A DNA stretch of 64,000 nucleotides, from positions 1,364,001 through 1,428,000 of the forward strand of contig CM114271.1 of NCBI GenBank assembly GCA_050084515.1, written 5' to 3'. The stretch comes from Blasia pusilla. Its lineage: Eukaryota. The notes under the pieces are model-generated. The model saw only the letters and a program-made list of their open reading frames with translations. It was not told where the DNA came from and searched no databases. The translations under genes and the position numbers were made by a program. The stretch's first letter is position 1; each line of letters begins with the position of its first letter. Positions 11,901 through 25,071 of the stretch are shown piece by piece.

Positions 11901-14900
11901 CCAAGTAAAAAAAGAGTTTTATCATTTCAATTTGGACAAAACGTTCCATGCACGATAGAAAATAACTACAAGGGACAAGTAACAAAAATTTGAATTGAAA
12001 AAACTCCCATGTAATTTAAGTACCTCTTGGAGCTTCTTGATTTATCTACCATGCCGAGAACCTTGCCGTGTTAAGCTTCTCCTCACCCTTGCTTGATGGA
12101 ACCACCTTTGAACAAGATATCTTGATTGAAAAGCAAGATAGTCCAGGGAACTTATCATTTTTCACCTTCTTTGATGATGGAAAGGAAACCTCTACTTAAC
12201 ACTCCATCTTCTGCAAAAAATAGAGTATACCACTAAGGAATAGAGGAGTATAATTTATCTGCTGAAGTCTATTCTCTTTCTCTTATGCTACGACAGACAC
12301 TACTTATTGAGTACGCAGTGCATATGCTGATACGTAGGCTATACCTTCATCAAAGTTTTTGAGAGATTAACTATATAAACATATACCTTTCATGCCGTGC
12401 ACCTAATAAGTCACATCAGGCTTTCACCAAGTTTAGATGCTAGCTATTATCCTTGAAGTCCGTTCCTTAGTGAAAGGGGGAATTCTAGAAAAATTATCAT
12501 ACCAGAACACTTACTCAAATGATATGGCCTAAATTGGTTCAAGCTCTCACTCATGATTTCAAATGCTATAGCCCTTGAATTTTGTTGGATTAAAAAATCA
12601 ATTCATTAGTTATTTCAAGCTTTATCCCTGACAGGAACATATCCTGAATCCTCCACACCATGAAAGTGTGGATGGGATGGATTTAAATACTCCAGTGGAT
12701 TACATTCTAGATATAAACAATGGAAAGGGCAACACATCTCTCCAATAATACTCGCTTGGACTCTAGAGGTGTTTTATGTAAATATGTTTCCCAGGGCTTC
12801 CGCTCGGATAGGTAAAAATGCTTTCTGCGTAGTGCAAAACAAGATGTGTTATAAGCGAGGAGACAAAAATAGAGCAGGTGATGATAATGATGGGGAGCAG
12901 CAGCAAAAATCAATCTGTTTTTTTTTCCACACTCATTGATTCATTGATTTCAAGTGCAGAGATCTCTCTCAACAAATGCTATGGAGAGATTGAAGTGGTA
13001 AGGACGTGGGATGATTTCAGATGCGTTGACGGATCCTATCCTTGACAATGAGGATCACCATGGGGAAGGTTCAGAGCAGTCTACTTCAAGGTGGAAGCAG
13101 GAAGCCGCTCGGACATTCTTCTTCCTTTGCCTCAACTCCCCAAATGATCCACCTTCATGCCCCACTATCCTTCTGGCCGTGCTCTCGCCCACTCAAATCA
13201 GCGACTCTAAGCTTCGGAATCCTAGTTCCCATAGCAGCCGCAACAAGATTCAGGTCAACAATCCATCCCGAGATCCATCCCAGATTTCCGTTTTGGTTCC
13301 AAGTTACCAATCCATCTCACTCCCAAGTTTTCAACAAAGAAGCAACCAGTTTCAAACAGACGATCAATCTTAGGTCACAATGCAGCAGATCTGCATGGAG
13401 TTTCAATTCAGACTTGCATTCTAAGTCTCAATTCTCACCACAAATGGAATTTAAGTTTCAAAATGCGCAAAGACATGCACTACTCCAGAACGGAGAGAAG
13501 TTGCTTGATCGTTTTACCCGAAAAAGATGACAGTCACCGATAGTTGGAGAGCGCTAACAATGCGGATCGTCGAGTTTGCCCTTTTGAGTCAGTCTCTCTT
13601 CAATTTCCGCACGCCCACCTGCACTTCCTCGATACAAGATAAGTTCCGGATTCCAAAATCACCTTCACATGCAATTTTTCACCTGCTTGCTTACCAAGAA
13701 GAGTAGTGGAAGAGGCAGGGGAACCGAATGTCATTCCTCGAAAGAAAACTTGGCTGCATAAGAATCATGTTGTTCTAGAGTCCTCGTGTGATTCCATGCA
13801 TTCAAAAGCGGACCCCATCTCGTCTGTGATTTCTACATAGTGGGGAAACATTGCGGCCAGGCCATTCCTATTTGAATCGGAGCGTCTGTTGCTTTGCAAC
13901 TACCATCTTGTCGTCATTACCGATTGACCCGAAAATGAGAAGCAAAAACACCCAAAACCTATCCCTACACGCGCGGAAAGTACGAAAGCATAAGCCCCAC
14001 CAAAGGCATCGGAGAACGTGCATAGAAGCTTGCTACGCCAAATGAATGAAAATTTGATCAAAGGTCTAATCCAACCTGAGTGAGAGGAGAAATCGATCAG
14101 CTGATTGCCTCACTGTCAAATCGACGACTGCTATAGAAAATCAGAGGGAGGGAAGGAGCTTAAGGATCAGCCGAGCTCAGAGCATTGGAGGCCGCAAGTG
14201 AAATCAATGGATTGGAGGATTGCATCCTTTGATGTACCCCTCTAGCTCAATTGGAAGCCACTGTTGCTGCGTTGCCCACTCCACCGCAACCTTGAATTAA
14301 ACGGCATTCACCTCTCAAAGAAAACTCGTCCGATAAAAGAGCATGTAAAGCTCGTGCTGATGCCTATACGTTGGACGATGTGTCTCAAGATTCTTGGACA
14401 GCCTCACTTCTAAAAAATTAACGAGGGTAGCGGAGTTAAGAGCAAGAGTACATGAGAGTAGACAATCGAGAGTACATGAGAGTAGGGTTTCGCGCGTAGG
14501 CTTTGTTGGGGATCACGATGAGCCTCTTCTTTAAACTTGCACATATTTGACTCCCGCGTATTTTTATAGGGGTAGCGGCCACTTGGATCTTCTCTTCTTT
14601 CTAGTTATATCTTTCAGTTTTGGATTATAACTATACCTAGTACTTTTATTTCCACCTAATTTATATACTTATTAGTTAAATATTAACCGATTTATCATTA
14701 TTCTTAGTTTTTACACGTCATATACTTTGTTAGTCTATTAGTTATAAAAAATTAACTACATTTAGTTAAGAGGACTAGATCTAGTTAACTTAAATTCCTC
14801 GTCATAAAATGTGATATAAAATCATGTAATTTATAATAATTTTTTATTCCTACTAACAAATTTTAAATTACACGTCATACTTAGTGACTATGTTAAGTGA

Positions 14901-14997
14901 CATACTAAGACTATATGATTACATGTTAGTAATCTTAGGATTTCTAGTTCTAAAACTAGTGCCATAGGACCTAGTTGTAAATACTCTAGTTCTAAAA

Positions 14998-17900
14998 TCA
15001 TCTATTTCCTTCTAGTGACATTATCGTGGCCGCCCCCAACATCGTATTCGAAACATGCTCCTCATGAGCATCACCAATAGGAGTTGTCGCACTTGTTTCT
15101 CCCATGGCCCTCCGTGCCTGCACACCAATAACATCACCAACTCTTTGGGAACTCTGATCAGGACCCATCGATGGGGTCCTCATAACCTCAGACAATGTGA
15201 AAGACTGAGGGAGCCTGGTTTGTTTCTTGGATTCCCCTCGTTGTGGATCCAACTTTGCGGCTGCTCCACGCGTCATAATTGAGCGGCCTCCATCTGGGCA
15301 ACCCGCACATCCAACCATGATCCTCCATATCTTTGGCTGCTCCATATGATGTCGATGCCACAAATCCGGCATCGGGTAACCTCAATGCCATAGCGACAAT
15401 CTGCTCTTGTGGGTGCTGTATCTGAGCAACCATCCCAACCTCACGCATAGCGTCTCCCTCGACGCGTCTAGGTGGTGGGACTCTATCTCCTCCATGGGTA
15501 GCTCCACCACCATGTCGGGCAACTCCAACTCCTCGTCCCCCAACAGGTTCACCTGGTCCACGATCTCTAGCCCACCCGGACCGGCTACTTGCTTTGGTGC
15601 CCTCTCTGGCCCTCGGTGCGGACATAACTCATGGTGTAAATTGAAACACTTGGTGCGTGTGTGACCATACCTTTGACAATAGTCACACTGATAACCTCTT
15701 GGTGCAACACCATCTCCTCCTCCATGCTGAGGTACATGTTCATGAACCTGACGAGTGCAATCACGCTGATGATGGGCTCCACCACATGACCAACAAGTAA
15801 TCGTAGGCAGATGTTGCTGAGCCGCATATGAAGGCAGAGGTCTTTGTGGCACGGCCTCCTGGTATCCTCCTTGAGCTTGTGGTGCCACAGTCAACATATC
15901 TCAGAGTCCACGTTGATGCCTGGTGGTGTAGACGATCGTGAGTGCTCTCGCCCAGAACCCATGGTGGCTACGCTCTCCTCCGCCATGTTGCGCTCAATAT
16001 TCTTGGTGGTCCTTAAAACATCTCTCAATATAGGGGAGGTATTCATAAGAAGCATCCCCTCCCGCATCTGTGTCCGCAGGGTCTGATCCAGCATCGCGTA
16101 CCATGACTGGATAGCTTGAGCCTCTATCACCCCTTGAGTGACGTTGATCAACCGACGCAAGCGAGTGTAAGCCTCATGCAAACTCTTATCCGGGTGCCTC
16201 TGGAAGTCATGGATGCTCCGCAACTTCTCCGTCTGTACTCCTTGGTAGCTCGCCCTCAACTCATCCAAGAACTCAACCACAGGGTTGAACCTGGGACGAA
16301 CCCGACTAGATGGTGCAAGTGCTCCAGTGCAAGTGACCCCTCCTAAAACATCACTAGTGGAAGAGGAAGTAGCCTCTTGTGACTCCTCCTCCTCATCTCG
16401 GAACGGCTCCATCCATGACACATAGTGTGGGTCATAGTAGAGTCTCCATGGCTCAATCTCTTGGGCATATCTATGGAAGAACTCATGGTAATCATCCATG
16501 AGTGCCCCCTCTAAATGCTAGAACATACCATTCCAAACTGTAAACGGGTTGAACTCTCTAGAGTTACTAGCCCGCTGTGAGTCACACCAACTCCTAAACT
16601 CCGCAATGAAGTCGTGTAGCTCTAAAGTGCCTACAATACCCAAAAACCTATGCGGTCCTCTACCTCGGCCGTCCATCTCGTACGCCCAATAGTAGGACCA
16701 CTCAATGTGTACGGTGGATCACTAATACACTCCTCTACAGGCTTCCCCTCGTCTGAAGATGACATAGAAGGATATCAAGGTGGTCTCTCACGTGGAGATC
16801 CTAAAAATCTTGCACGAATCCGGGTAAACCCTCCATAGCTACTCTCAGGTCCACTAACTTGCCTCTCAAAATTCCAAAAGGATGCCGTGATGGCCCTTGT
16901 GCCCCTCTCACACAATTACTCTCAATCCCGCAAGTAATCCCTCAATCACTAAAACTAAACATGCGGCATTCAATCTACACTCTTGCACAGAGACGTGTGT
17001 TGTGCGACAACAAGCGGCGCGGTCTGACAAATCAATTGATATATCATCTTATCGACAAACCATCCTCAACTCTCGACATCCCACATAGGTCTATGTCCCC
17101 TAAACCCATACATCATTGATGCTCTCAGCATCAGCACAAAACCCAATATCCCAAATAACTTCCCAATATCCGGAAATCCCTCACCCGTGCAGGGTAAGAG
17201 ACCAGAATGGGCAACCTGAAAAAAATGTCAATGTTGCTCCTCGGCAACTACAAATCTCAACCCCAACTCGGTCGTGAAGACAACTCCTCCAATCAGCAAG
17301 TCGCACTCTTCTCGTACTGACGCTGCTCAAACCTCCTCAATGTGCGGTGTAGGTTCAGCGGTCCAGTGCAGCACTGGCGGCACAAAACGGCTACAAACAA
17401 CATGGCACTCGGTGGCTTACCCTCCTCAATCAGCAATTCACACATTCTGCTCCTTAGTGAAGGAGTGACTTCGCGATCAAGATGGTGCGGTGCGGCCACA
17501 AGCGGCACGACGCTGCAATCGGCGGCGCGTTGCGGCTACGGGCATCACGACACGGTACTCGATCGTTGTCAAGCGGCTGCCAATCACAACATAGCAACAT
17601 GAAATGAAAAACTCAAACACCATAACCTGAGGTCATCTACCATCACTCATTGATGACGAAACTACGATGACGGCGGCGGAGACCAAAGTACGTGGTGGCG
17701 GCACAAGTCAGAGAATCAACGATCATCGTGGAAGACCCTCCACTCCGTAATGGCAGCAATGGCAACTAAGGGTGGACAATGGCCGAATGCGGTTCTGAGA
17801 AACGCTAGGCGGCGGCGGACGGCGGACGGTGGACCGTTGACGGAGATAATTGACCGTTGATGGTGACGGTGGACCATTGACGGTGACGGTTGACCGTTGA

Positions 17901-19035
17901 CCATTGCTGGCGGACCATTGATGTTGACTAGGATGGTTGACCATTGATGGCAGACCATTGATAGTGACTATGATAGCGACGGCCTCCGCCGGCATGGTGG
18001 CTGGTTTAGGGTTTGAATAATTTAACCCTAAAAATCGCCTAGCAATGGCACTTTTGCAAGATTGACTATAACTTTTTGCTCTCAACTCCAAATTGTGCAC
18101 TATTTGTTGCAAAGCCTACACAGCTTCACAATCTACAACAATGTTAAAAAATATTTTGAATCGAACATTCGAGTAAAAACTGATAGGGATTTTTGTAAAG
18201 CCCAATGTCTCTTTCTCCTACACAAAATTTGGCAGCGCTTCTGCGCTGATTTCTGCCAACGAAAATGTAAAACCTATGAGAACACAAATCAGCAAGCTAC
18301 GTAGTGCTTCCAAGAGCACCGGTATGGAGCAATCCACCCCCATACTCAATTCCTATAAAAAATTGGGTAGCGCTTCCGCGTGCCACTCTCCCGTACAAAA
18401 ATCAGCAAAGCAAAACATCAAACTCGTACGGCTCTTGCTCCGGTGAGCACTCCCATGAGCCATGAAGCGGGGAACACGGTCCCCTAACCTGCACCATGAA
18501 GCTCTCTCACTCACTCGTTCTGTCTTACATCTAAGATCCAATCTCTCTCACAACACCATAGTTCTTACATGTGTGCACTCTCACATGTCTCTCTCAATGT
18601 CAAACCAAACCCACTCTCATAATGAGAGGCTTGGGTTATATTCACAAGGCAAGGGACCATTGCTCTACCGTCTTGTGCCAAGAGTTTCAACAAAGAGAGA
18701 ATGAGCTCTCAATCTCTCTCTCCTTGAGGTATACCCCTCCCAAGCTCTCTCCATGGTAACCTATGCTCCCAAGTCACCTCTTTGGCTCTTGACCTCATGT
18801 AGGAGGTCAAGGGCCACTTACCAAAAATAGAAAGTCGATCATATACTCAAAATGGTACTTACGTTAAATAGTTAGTTCCTCAATATGGCTCCAAATGGGC
18901 CGAAATGAAGGGGAAACTTGCACTCTCAGGTTTCCCGGAGCCTCAACAGGTTATCCTTGACCTATTGAGCCTGCCCTCCACTACTCACAAAGGCGCTTTA
19001 CTAGATCTCGCCAATATATCCTAAAAGACGTGACA
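14998..19035 (-). mobile_element. 5' half (terminus, leader, gag) of a Ty3/Gypsy element related to the 20808-39224 element; truncated
   Basis: Gag YQGVQTEKLRSIHDFQR...AYTRLRRLINVTQG is homologous to 36320-36703. Knuckles CWSCGGAHHQRDC and CDYCQRYGHTRTKC. Minus-strand 5' terminus TGTCACGTC at 19035. Core-repeat motif near 18602. Confidence 0.8.
17810..17965. repeat. Degenerate short tandem array (gaccgttgacgg/gaccattga-like units) in element leader
   Basis: About seven imperfect copies of gacc(g/a)ttga interspersed with ggtgacgg. Confidence 0.65.
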
Positions 19036-19220
19036 ATGCTATCTGGAGTTAGGGGGACCCAACTGCCAGCTAGGGGGGCGGTTGTGGGGTCCCAATGTAT
19101 ATGCGTGAGTGTATTTCGTTTATGTGTGGATCTATCCGTATGTTGGGGGAGATCGGTGTTGTATGGCGGGTAGATATGACCAGCGATGTGGGTTGTGTAG
19201 CGATGTGTATGCGCACTACA
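19036..19220 (+). mobile_element. 3'-end remnant of the same Gypsy family (PPT + terminal segment)
   Basis: gctatctggagttagggggacccaactgccagctaggggggcggt-TGTGG is homologous to the reverse complement of 21121-21174. Ends cagcgatgt...gcgcactaca, like the 20808 and 41127 termini. Confidence 0.75.
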
Positions 19221-20529
19221 TTATGATCGGTGGACCAATCTTTTCATGCGCCTATTCCTCTTGAACGTTAATCGTAAGTATTGCGGTACCGTACGTTCAA
19301 TAGGACAGACTCATACTATTAATCTGCATCCAAACACACTCACATTATTTTGGTTCTTGCATTCATCAAGCTCAACCCTCCTAATTCCTCACTTCCCAAC
19401 ACATACAAGTCTTCCTAGACTTGGAACAGACTCTCTAGATTTTTTCAGACACCTCAAATGACGCTCGTACACCTAGCGATCCCAATTGTCCAATGGACCT
19501 CAAATGAACCCTCAATGGAGACCCAACTAATAAGTCACAAGCAGGGTCGCACATAGACAAAGTTTGTGTCTACGACTCTACAAACATGTCCGTGCATGAT
19601 CAAGTACTCGCGGCCCGTACTTGAGCCCGTTGTATAGACCTGGGCTGGTTAAGCCAGCACCTGTTTTAGGGCAGGCTTAGGGCCCACACAAGGCCCACAT
19701 TTGAACTCGCACATGGCCTGCTTGACGAGCACAGGTCCTCAACTCGCCATGTGCAGGCTTGGCTTGGATGCAGGCCGTGGATACCCATGCGGCATGTCCG
19801 TGGATATGTCAAAAATTTTCCTTTTTCGTGCAACCTTGGTCACAGGTTGGAATCCAAGAAGGATCTCCAACATCCACTCACTAGCTTGGACTTGGCTTGA
19901 TGTTCGTACCCCAATGTCAACCTCTCAATCCATTCCGTACCCTTGGTTTGCCTCGTGTCTCCCCAAAGTGGAGTTCAATTCCCAAATACCCTTCAAGACC
20001 ACCCCCCTTATTTGTACTTCTGGGGATCTCCACCCTCCCCTTATCTTTGGGAAAGATACCTCAGGTTGCTTATTTTGACCCTCGATCCAACTGTCCTTCC
20101 AAAATTTATTGGGCAATATCTAATCTTTGGTTATGCATTTGTTTGGGTGTTTGTTGTATTGGAATTGATTTTGCATAAGCTTTCCAACGGTGTCTTGTTT
20201 GTCCCTAATGCCCCTTGAGTTTGGCCATTATGACCCAAAACATAATGAAATCCCAAACGCTAGTCAAGTTCCAATTTGGATTCATACTCCTTGGCCACCC
20301 ACTCTTCTTAGGCTCGACTCCTCTTGAGTCTTGGTTCACGTTTGGTTCCCGAATCTTGAGTCGCCACCATTAACACATGAAACACTTAATCTTGTACGCA
20401 TCTCACATCTCATGTCTCCTTCAAAAGCTCGTTCAAGAGACCTCTCCAAAGTGCAACCATCCTAGTGTGAGCCCATTAGAGTTTTGATATTACGCCTTGG
20501 CGATTATGTTAGGGTTTAAGTTTGATTGC

Positions 20530-20807
20530 GCTTAACTTTGTAAACCCATTTGCTACCAATAGATTTCTTACAGGATGGTATATCTACCAAATCCCAAGTC
20601 TATTTATGTGTTAATGCAATAAGCTCTTCCTTCATAGCTTCACTCCATTCAACCTTATACGCAACTTCTTCAAAACAACTTGGTTCTTGTTCATGAAGAA
20701 CGGTCATCATATATGTATGATATGTTGCAATGAATCCTTCATTTATAAATCTATGACATATAACCTGTGACTCTACTTGATCTACAAAGTTATTGCTCAG
20801 AGGTGGA
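20530..20807 (-). mobile_element. Ty1/Copia relic, start of RT (left part of the interrupted element)
   Basis: Minus translation EPSCFEEVAYKVEWSEAMKEELIAL..*TWDLVDIP, the classic Copia pre-RT motif. Confidence 0.8.
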
Positions 20808-21301
20808 TGTCGTGCGAATCCACATCGTCATACAACATACATCGCTGACATACCATACTCACATACATACATAACATAGACGAGAGCATACACAAACACA
20901 AGTGTACAAGTAAAAGACCTACTGTCATAAAACACGATTAGAATCCCATAAAATGGAGCCAAACCCACTCCACAATGGGAGAATCCAGGTCGAAGCTTGC
21001 GGGAAGCACCATAGCCAAGAGCACTACTCACTACCAAGGCTAACTCCCAACGCAACAGGCTCAACTCAAAGAACTAATTGTTCTTTGAGTACACTCCACA
21101 CCATACACAAACATAAGTGTACCACAACTCGCCCCCCTAATTGACGGTTAGGTCCCTCTAACTCCCAGGTAGCCCTATACATCTACTACATGCTATACAC
21201 CTTCGTGGGTGCACGAATCAGAAGGCCGGGTGCTAGGTTGTCCCATCGTTAGTCGCACATCTGTAATCCACATCATGCAAAGATCAAGTCATCTACCCCT
21301 C

Positions 21302-23334
21302 CTAAGTACATTGAGGACAAACCCACCTTCTAGTAGGAACAACATCCATACGTGGAGTCAAACACATCATGTGCCTACCCCTAGAATACCAATCACACAC
21401 CAACATACGGGCTGCGTTACCAGCAGACCCACACAACATGCACCTCAAGCTAGCACGTATCATGGCTAAGCTTGGGTCAACAGTACCATCCACATTTGGG
21501 AGATGACATGGCTCAAAATTACGCACATGGTCCTTCCAAACAACTCCATCACGAACCTCCAACATGAGAACTCCAGAAGCTAACACCTCTCGCACTTGTA
21601 AAATAGTGTGGCCTATCGTCACATCCAACGTTGTTGGTGCAATCTGCTGCAAATAGACATAGTCCCCCACATGGAACCTACAAATCAATGGTCGATAACC
21701 TCCACCCCGAATGGTTGCATACTGCAACGTATCCCTGTGTTGAGCAATGGCAAGATTCTCAAAGGATGTTGGCATAACTCTCCGGAAGAGCTCTGCCCGT
21801 TGAGAACACACTCTCATCCGCATCTCTGGGTCATCAAGGTTCACCACCTCACTAGAATCCCGACAAATTGCTGCTGGCAAGTCTGGATCTTGGCCGTGTA
21901 ACAGAAAATAAGGTGAGAAGGAAGCCAAGGATGCTTGGCGACTGAACCTATACCCCATGGCTAACCATGGCAACTAAATATCCCAGTCTCCAAGATGCCC
22001 CTTCTGTAGGCCATACTTACGCAATGCCCTCTTCACCGTATGAACCACATGCTCAGCCAAACCATACGCCTCTAGATGATCTCGAGACGTGGTCCGATGA
22101 TCAATCAACGCCTTATCACACAAGACCTGAAACTCACCTTGAAACTCTGTACCGTGGTCGGTCAGCACCTCAGATGGTGCACCAAAATGCCTAAGCACAA
22201 GTCACACCGGTTACAAACCATACAACGTGATACCAACTGCTGCACCTGAGTATGCATGCCACGCCACCAATAATGGCCAAGGAGTAAGCTATATGTACGC
22301 TTTACCCCAATATGTCCCAACTCCTCATGGGCATGTCGCACAATGCGCTCTCTCTGAGCCAAATGCGGCACCACTCGTACTCTACCATCCTCCCACACAT
22401 GAAGAATATGTGTTCCCTCCAATCGATACCTCCTAGCATGTTGAAGAACATGGTCTTGCTCCTTGACACTCACTATGCCTGGCATCCTACTGGTCCGTAG
22501 GAACTCCAACACCAACGCATCATCATGATGATCCGTACCACCATCTCCAACCTTAGGATCTGAAGGCTGGCCATCTACCCTCTGACTAGAGTGAGATGTC
22601 ATGTGGTCCTCCATACTAGAATCCACCCCTAACCAACATAAAAAGGCAGATGCATGCCATCCTGGCACCATCTCCTCATCAACCTCGCCATGCCATCTAG
22701 CCCAAGTTGCATCCTCTTGTCTAGTACATGGGTTCCTACTCAACCCATCAACATCAAGGTTGGCCACTCCAGGTCTATGTATCACCTGGAAGTCATACTC
22801 CTGTAAGATAAGAGCCCACCATGCAAGCTTCCCTGTAAGCTTGGTAGACTCCATCAACCACTTAAGCGGCTGGTGATCAGTAACAAGGGTAAAGTGTGTG
22901 CCAAATAAGTAACACCTAAAGTGTGCCACAGCCCACACTACTGCCAAGCACTCTCCCTCATATGAACTATAGCGCGACTCCGTTGCATTATTCGGACGGC
23001 TTGGGTAGGTCACCACAAACTCCATGTGCTCATCATCATGTTGTGTCAACACCGCTCCAAGTTCCAACATACTCCAATCCGTGTGCAACTAAAATGGGCG
23101 CCCTCCGATAGATCTCCTCAAGATAGGCGCGACCACCAACTAGGCCTTGAGCTCCACAAAAGCTCTCTCCTGATCATCTCCCCAGTGCCACTCTTGATAT
23201 GATTTCAGCAATTGGTTCAAAGGCTTTGCCATAGCACTAAATCCCTTCACATACCTCCGATAGTAGTTCGCCAATCCCATGAATGCCCGAACTCTACTCA
23301 CATCTACCGGACAAGGAATAAGTGTAATAGCCAC
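21302..23334 (-). pseudogene. pol 3' part of outer Gypsy: RT thumb, RNase H, integrase, C-terminal PHD finger
   Basis: HTDWS.LELGAVLTQ, YSSYEGECLAVVWAVAHFRCYLFG, LVTDHQPLKWL; HEELGH..YWW..C..C; VLTDHGTEF; SPYFLLHG; CMLC...LVCDWY...HMMC...WVCPQC. Confidence 0.9.
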
Positions 23335-24888
23335 TAGAGAGAATTGAGAAAAGACCCCTTGGTACTAAGAAAGATATGAAGATATTGATAAGACATTGAA
23401 TATAACTCATACACATTTAAATACAACTATTACAACAGAATCGTAATTTCGAACTCTCTTTTCATCAAATAATGATCCTCTTGGGGATCGAACTTATTAA
23501 ACGAATGTAAAATAGAAACTCTTGTACATTACATATAAGTGATAAAACTTTTTGGCACCGCTTCCGGGGATCATAAGCTTTGCTGAGGAGGGAGAGAGAC
23601 ACATGGGGAATCCAGGAGCGGGGAAAGAAGCCTCGTCTCCTAGAAGACCCAACCAGCTAGTTCTTACTGAAGACCATCTGCTATCTCTAGCGATCCCCCT
23701 TAGACAATGGATGAAAGAAGATAACAACCGGTTGCTTTACTACTCCATCAAGAATGAGAAAGCTTCAAAGTATATACAAGCTCGAGAGGGTACTACAAGC
23801 TTCAAAGTGTATATTACTCGAGAGGGTAAAGCAATCATTCATTCATTCTAGTGGAATTGACAGCATGCTCAGGTAGATTTCCTCTCGATATCAAGAAACC
23901 TCACAAAGACCTCAACATGAAAGCTCGCTTCTCCTACTTTCGGAACTCAATCCGTCTCGGCAGGCTACTCTCTATCAAACAGATTTCCTACAATCTTTAT
24001 GTTGATTATTTCATTGATGAGAAAGATTCGCCTGATTCACTCTTCACTCTATAGACCCAAAAAGAATACTCAGACATAAGCATTGCACATCAGAATGAAT
24101 GAATGATTGCTTTACTACTCCATCAAGAATGAGAAAGCTTCAAAGTGTATACAAGCTCGAGAGGGTACTACTCCCGTGCTCGGACCATTCCTACAACATG
24201 AGGACTACGTAAGAGAATGATGATTATGGCTTCTGTCTTGCTTCTTAAATACTTGCTGGAGTAGGAGTGATCCAAAGATTCAAAGCGTTCTTGATGAAGT
24301 TGGTGTCTTTTCAGCATTTGTAACTATCTAGATCTATGGTTCTCTTAGCTTTTCCTACGATCCCTATGAATCCGCAGAACAAAACTATCCTAACTATCTA
24401 TCTGATACAAAGGGTTGCGCCCTTTCCTAGTCTAACTGTTCTAACGGTGTGTCGCTTGAAATCATTGTCATTCTTAGCTTCGCTTCCCTGGACTTCTTGA
24501 GGACAAAGCGCTCCATTCTCCATTCTTCGTTCTTGTTTAATGTGCTTCTTGCTTCGTGCTTCGTACGAGAGCAAAGTACTTCTTTCTCTTATTCTTTCTG
24601 CTTCGTTATGCTTTGTTATAGAGCGAAGCACTTCGTAGACAAGGCTTTGTTGAGCTTTGTTATCGTTCCGAAGCTTCTTACTGAGTCTTGAGACTTCGTT
24701 ATTTTATTCTCCTCTCCTCTTAGGAAAATCCTTGATTTTCTATCTCTCTGCCTTGTCCTTGGAGCTTCTCGATTCACTTTAATCTTACTAATTCCTCCTC
24801 ATAATAATAATCAAAATCATAATGTACAAGAGTCTTCGTTGAATAAAAAGATATATTTCTTCAAAAGTACAAAATTATGGGTATCACA
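23331..24888 (-). repeat. 3' LTR of inner Gypsy (outer ~400 bp inverted, plus filler)
   Basis: 23847-24888 is a direct copy of 33446-34480 (~96% by manual count). 23331-23733 is the reverse complement of ~33051-33453 (~4 mismatches). Confidence 0.92.
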
Positions 24889-25071
24889 TACCCTCTCCCT
24901 CAAATGTGAGCGGCCCCGGCGAACACATCAGGATGTTTCTTCTAACTCCATAAAAATATCGTCTAAACTATCAAACTCAAGTGTAGGCGCAAAATGACCG
25001 TGAATAGTAGAAGGTTTGTTGATAATGTTGGGGGTGTGATTGCGCATTCTTTCTTGCGATTTATTAACAAC

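Noticed and set aside
13011-13530. Overlapping plus-strand ORFs of 120 and 162 aa
   Set aside because: Low-complexity Ser/Pro-rich, no motif; cannot be supported as genes or as CACTA TnpA.
14940-14997. Possible CACTA terminus (CTAGTG at ~14956-14961 with ctagttctaaaa repeats)
   Set aside because: No matching partner end or 3-bp TSD found, and the repeats continue past it.
19430-20470. Probable repeat or LTR-like fragment
   Set aside because: No termini, partner copy or coding motif identifiable within the window.
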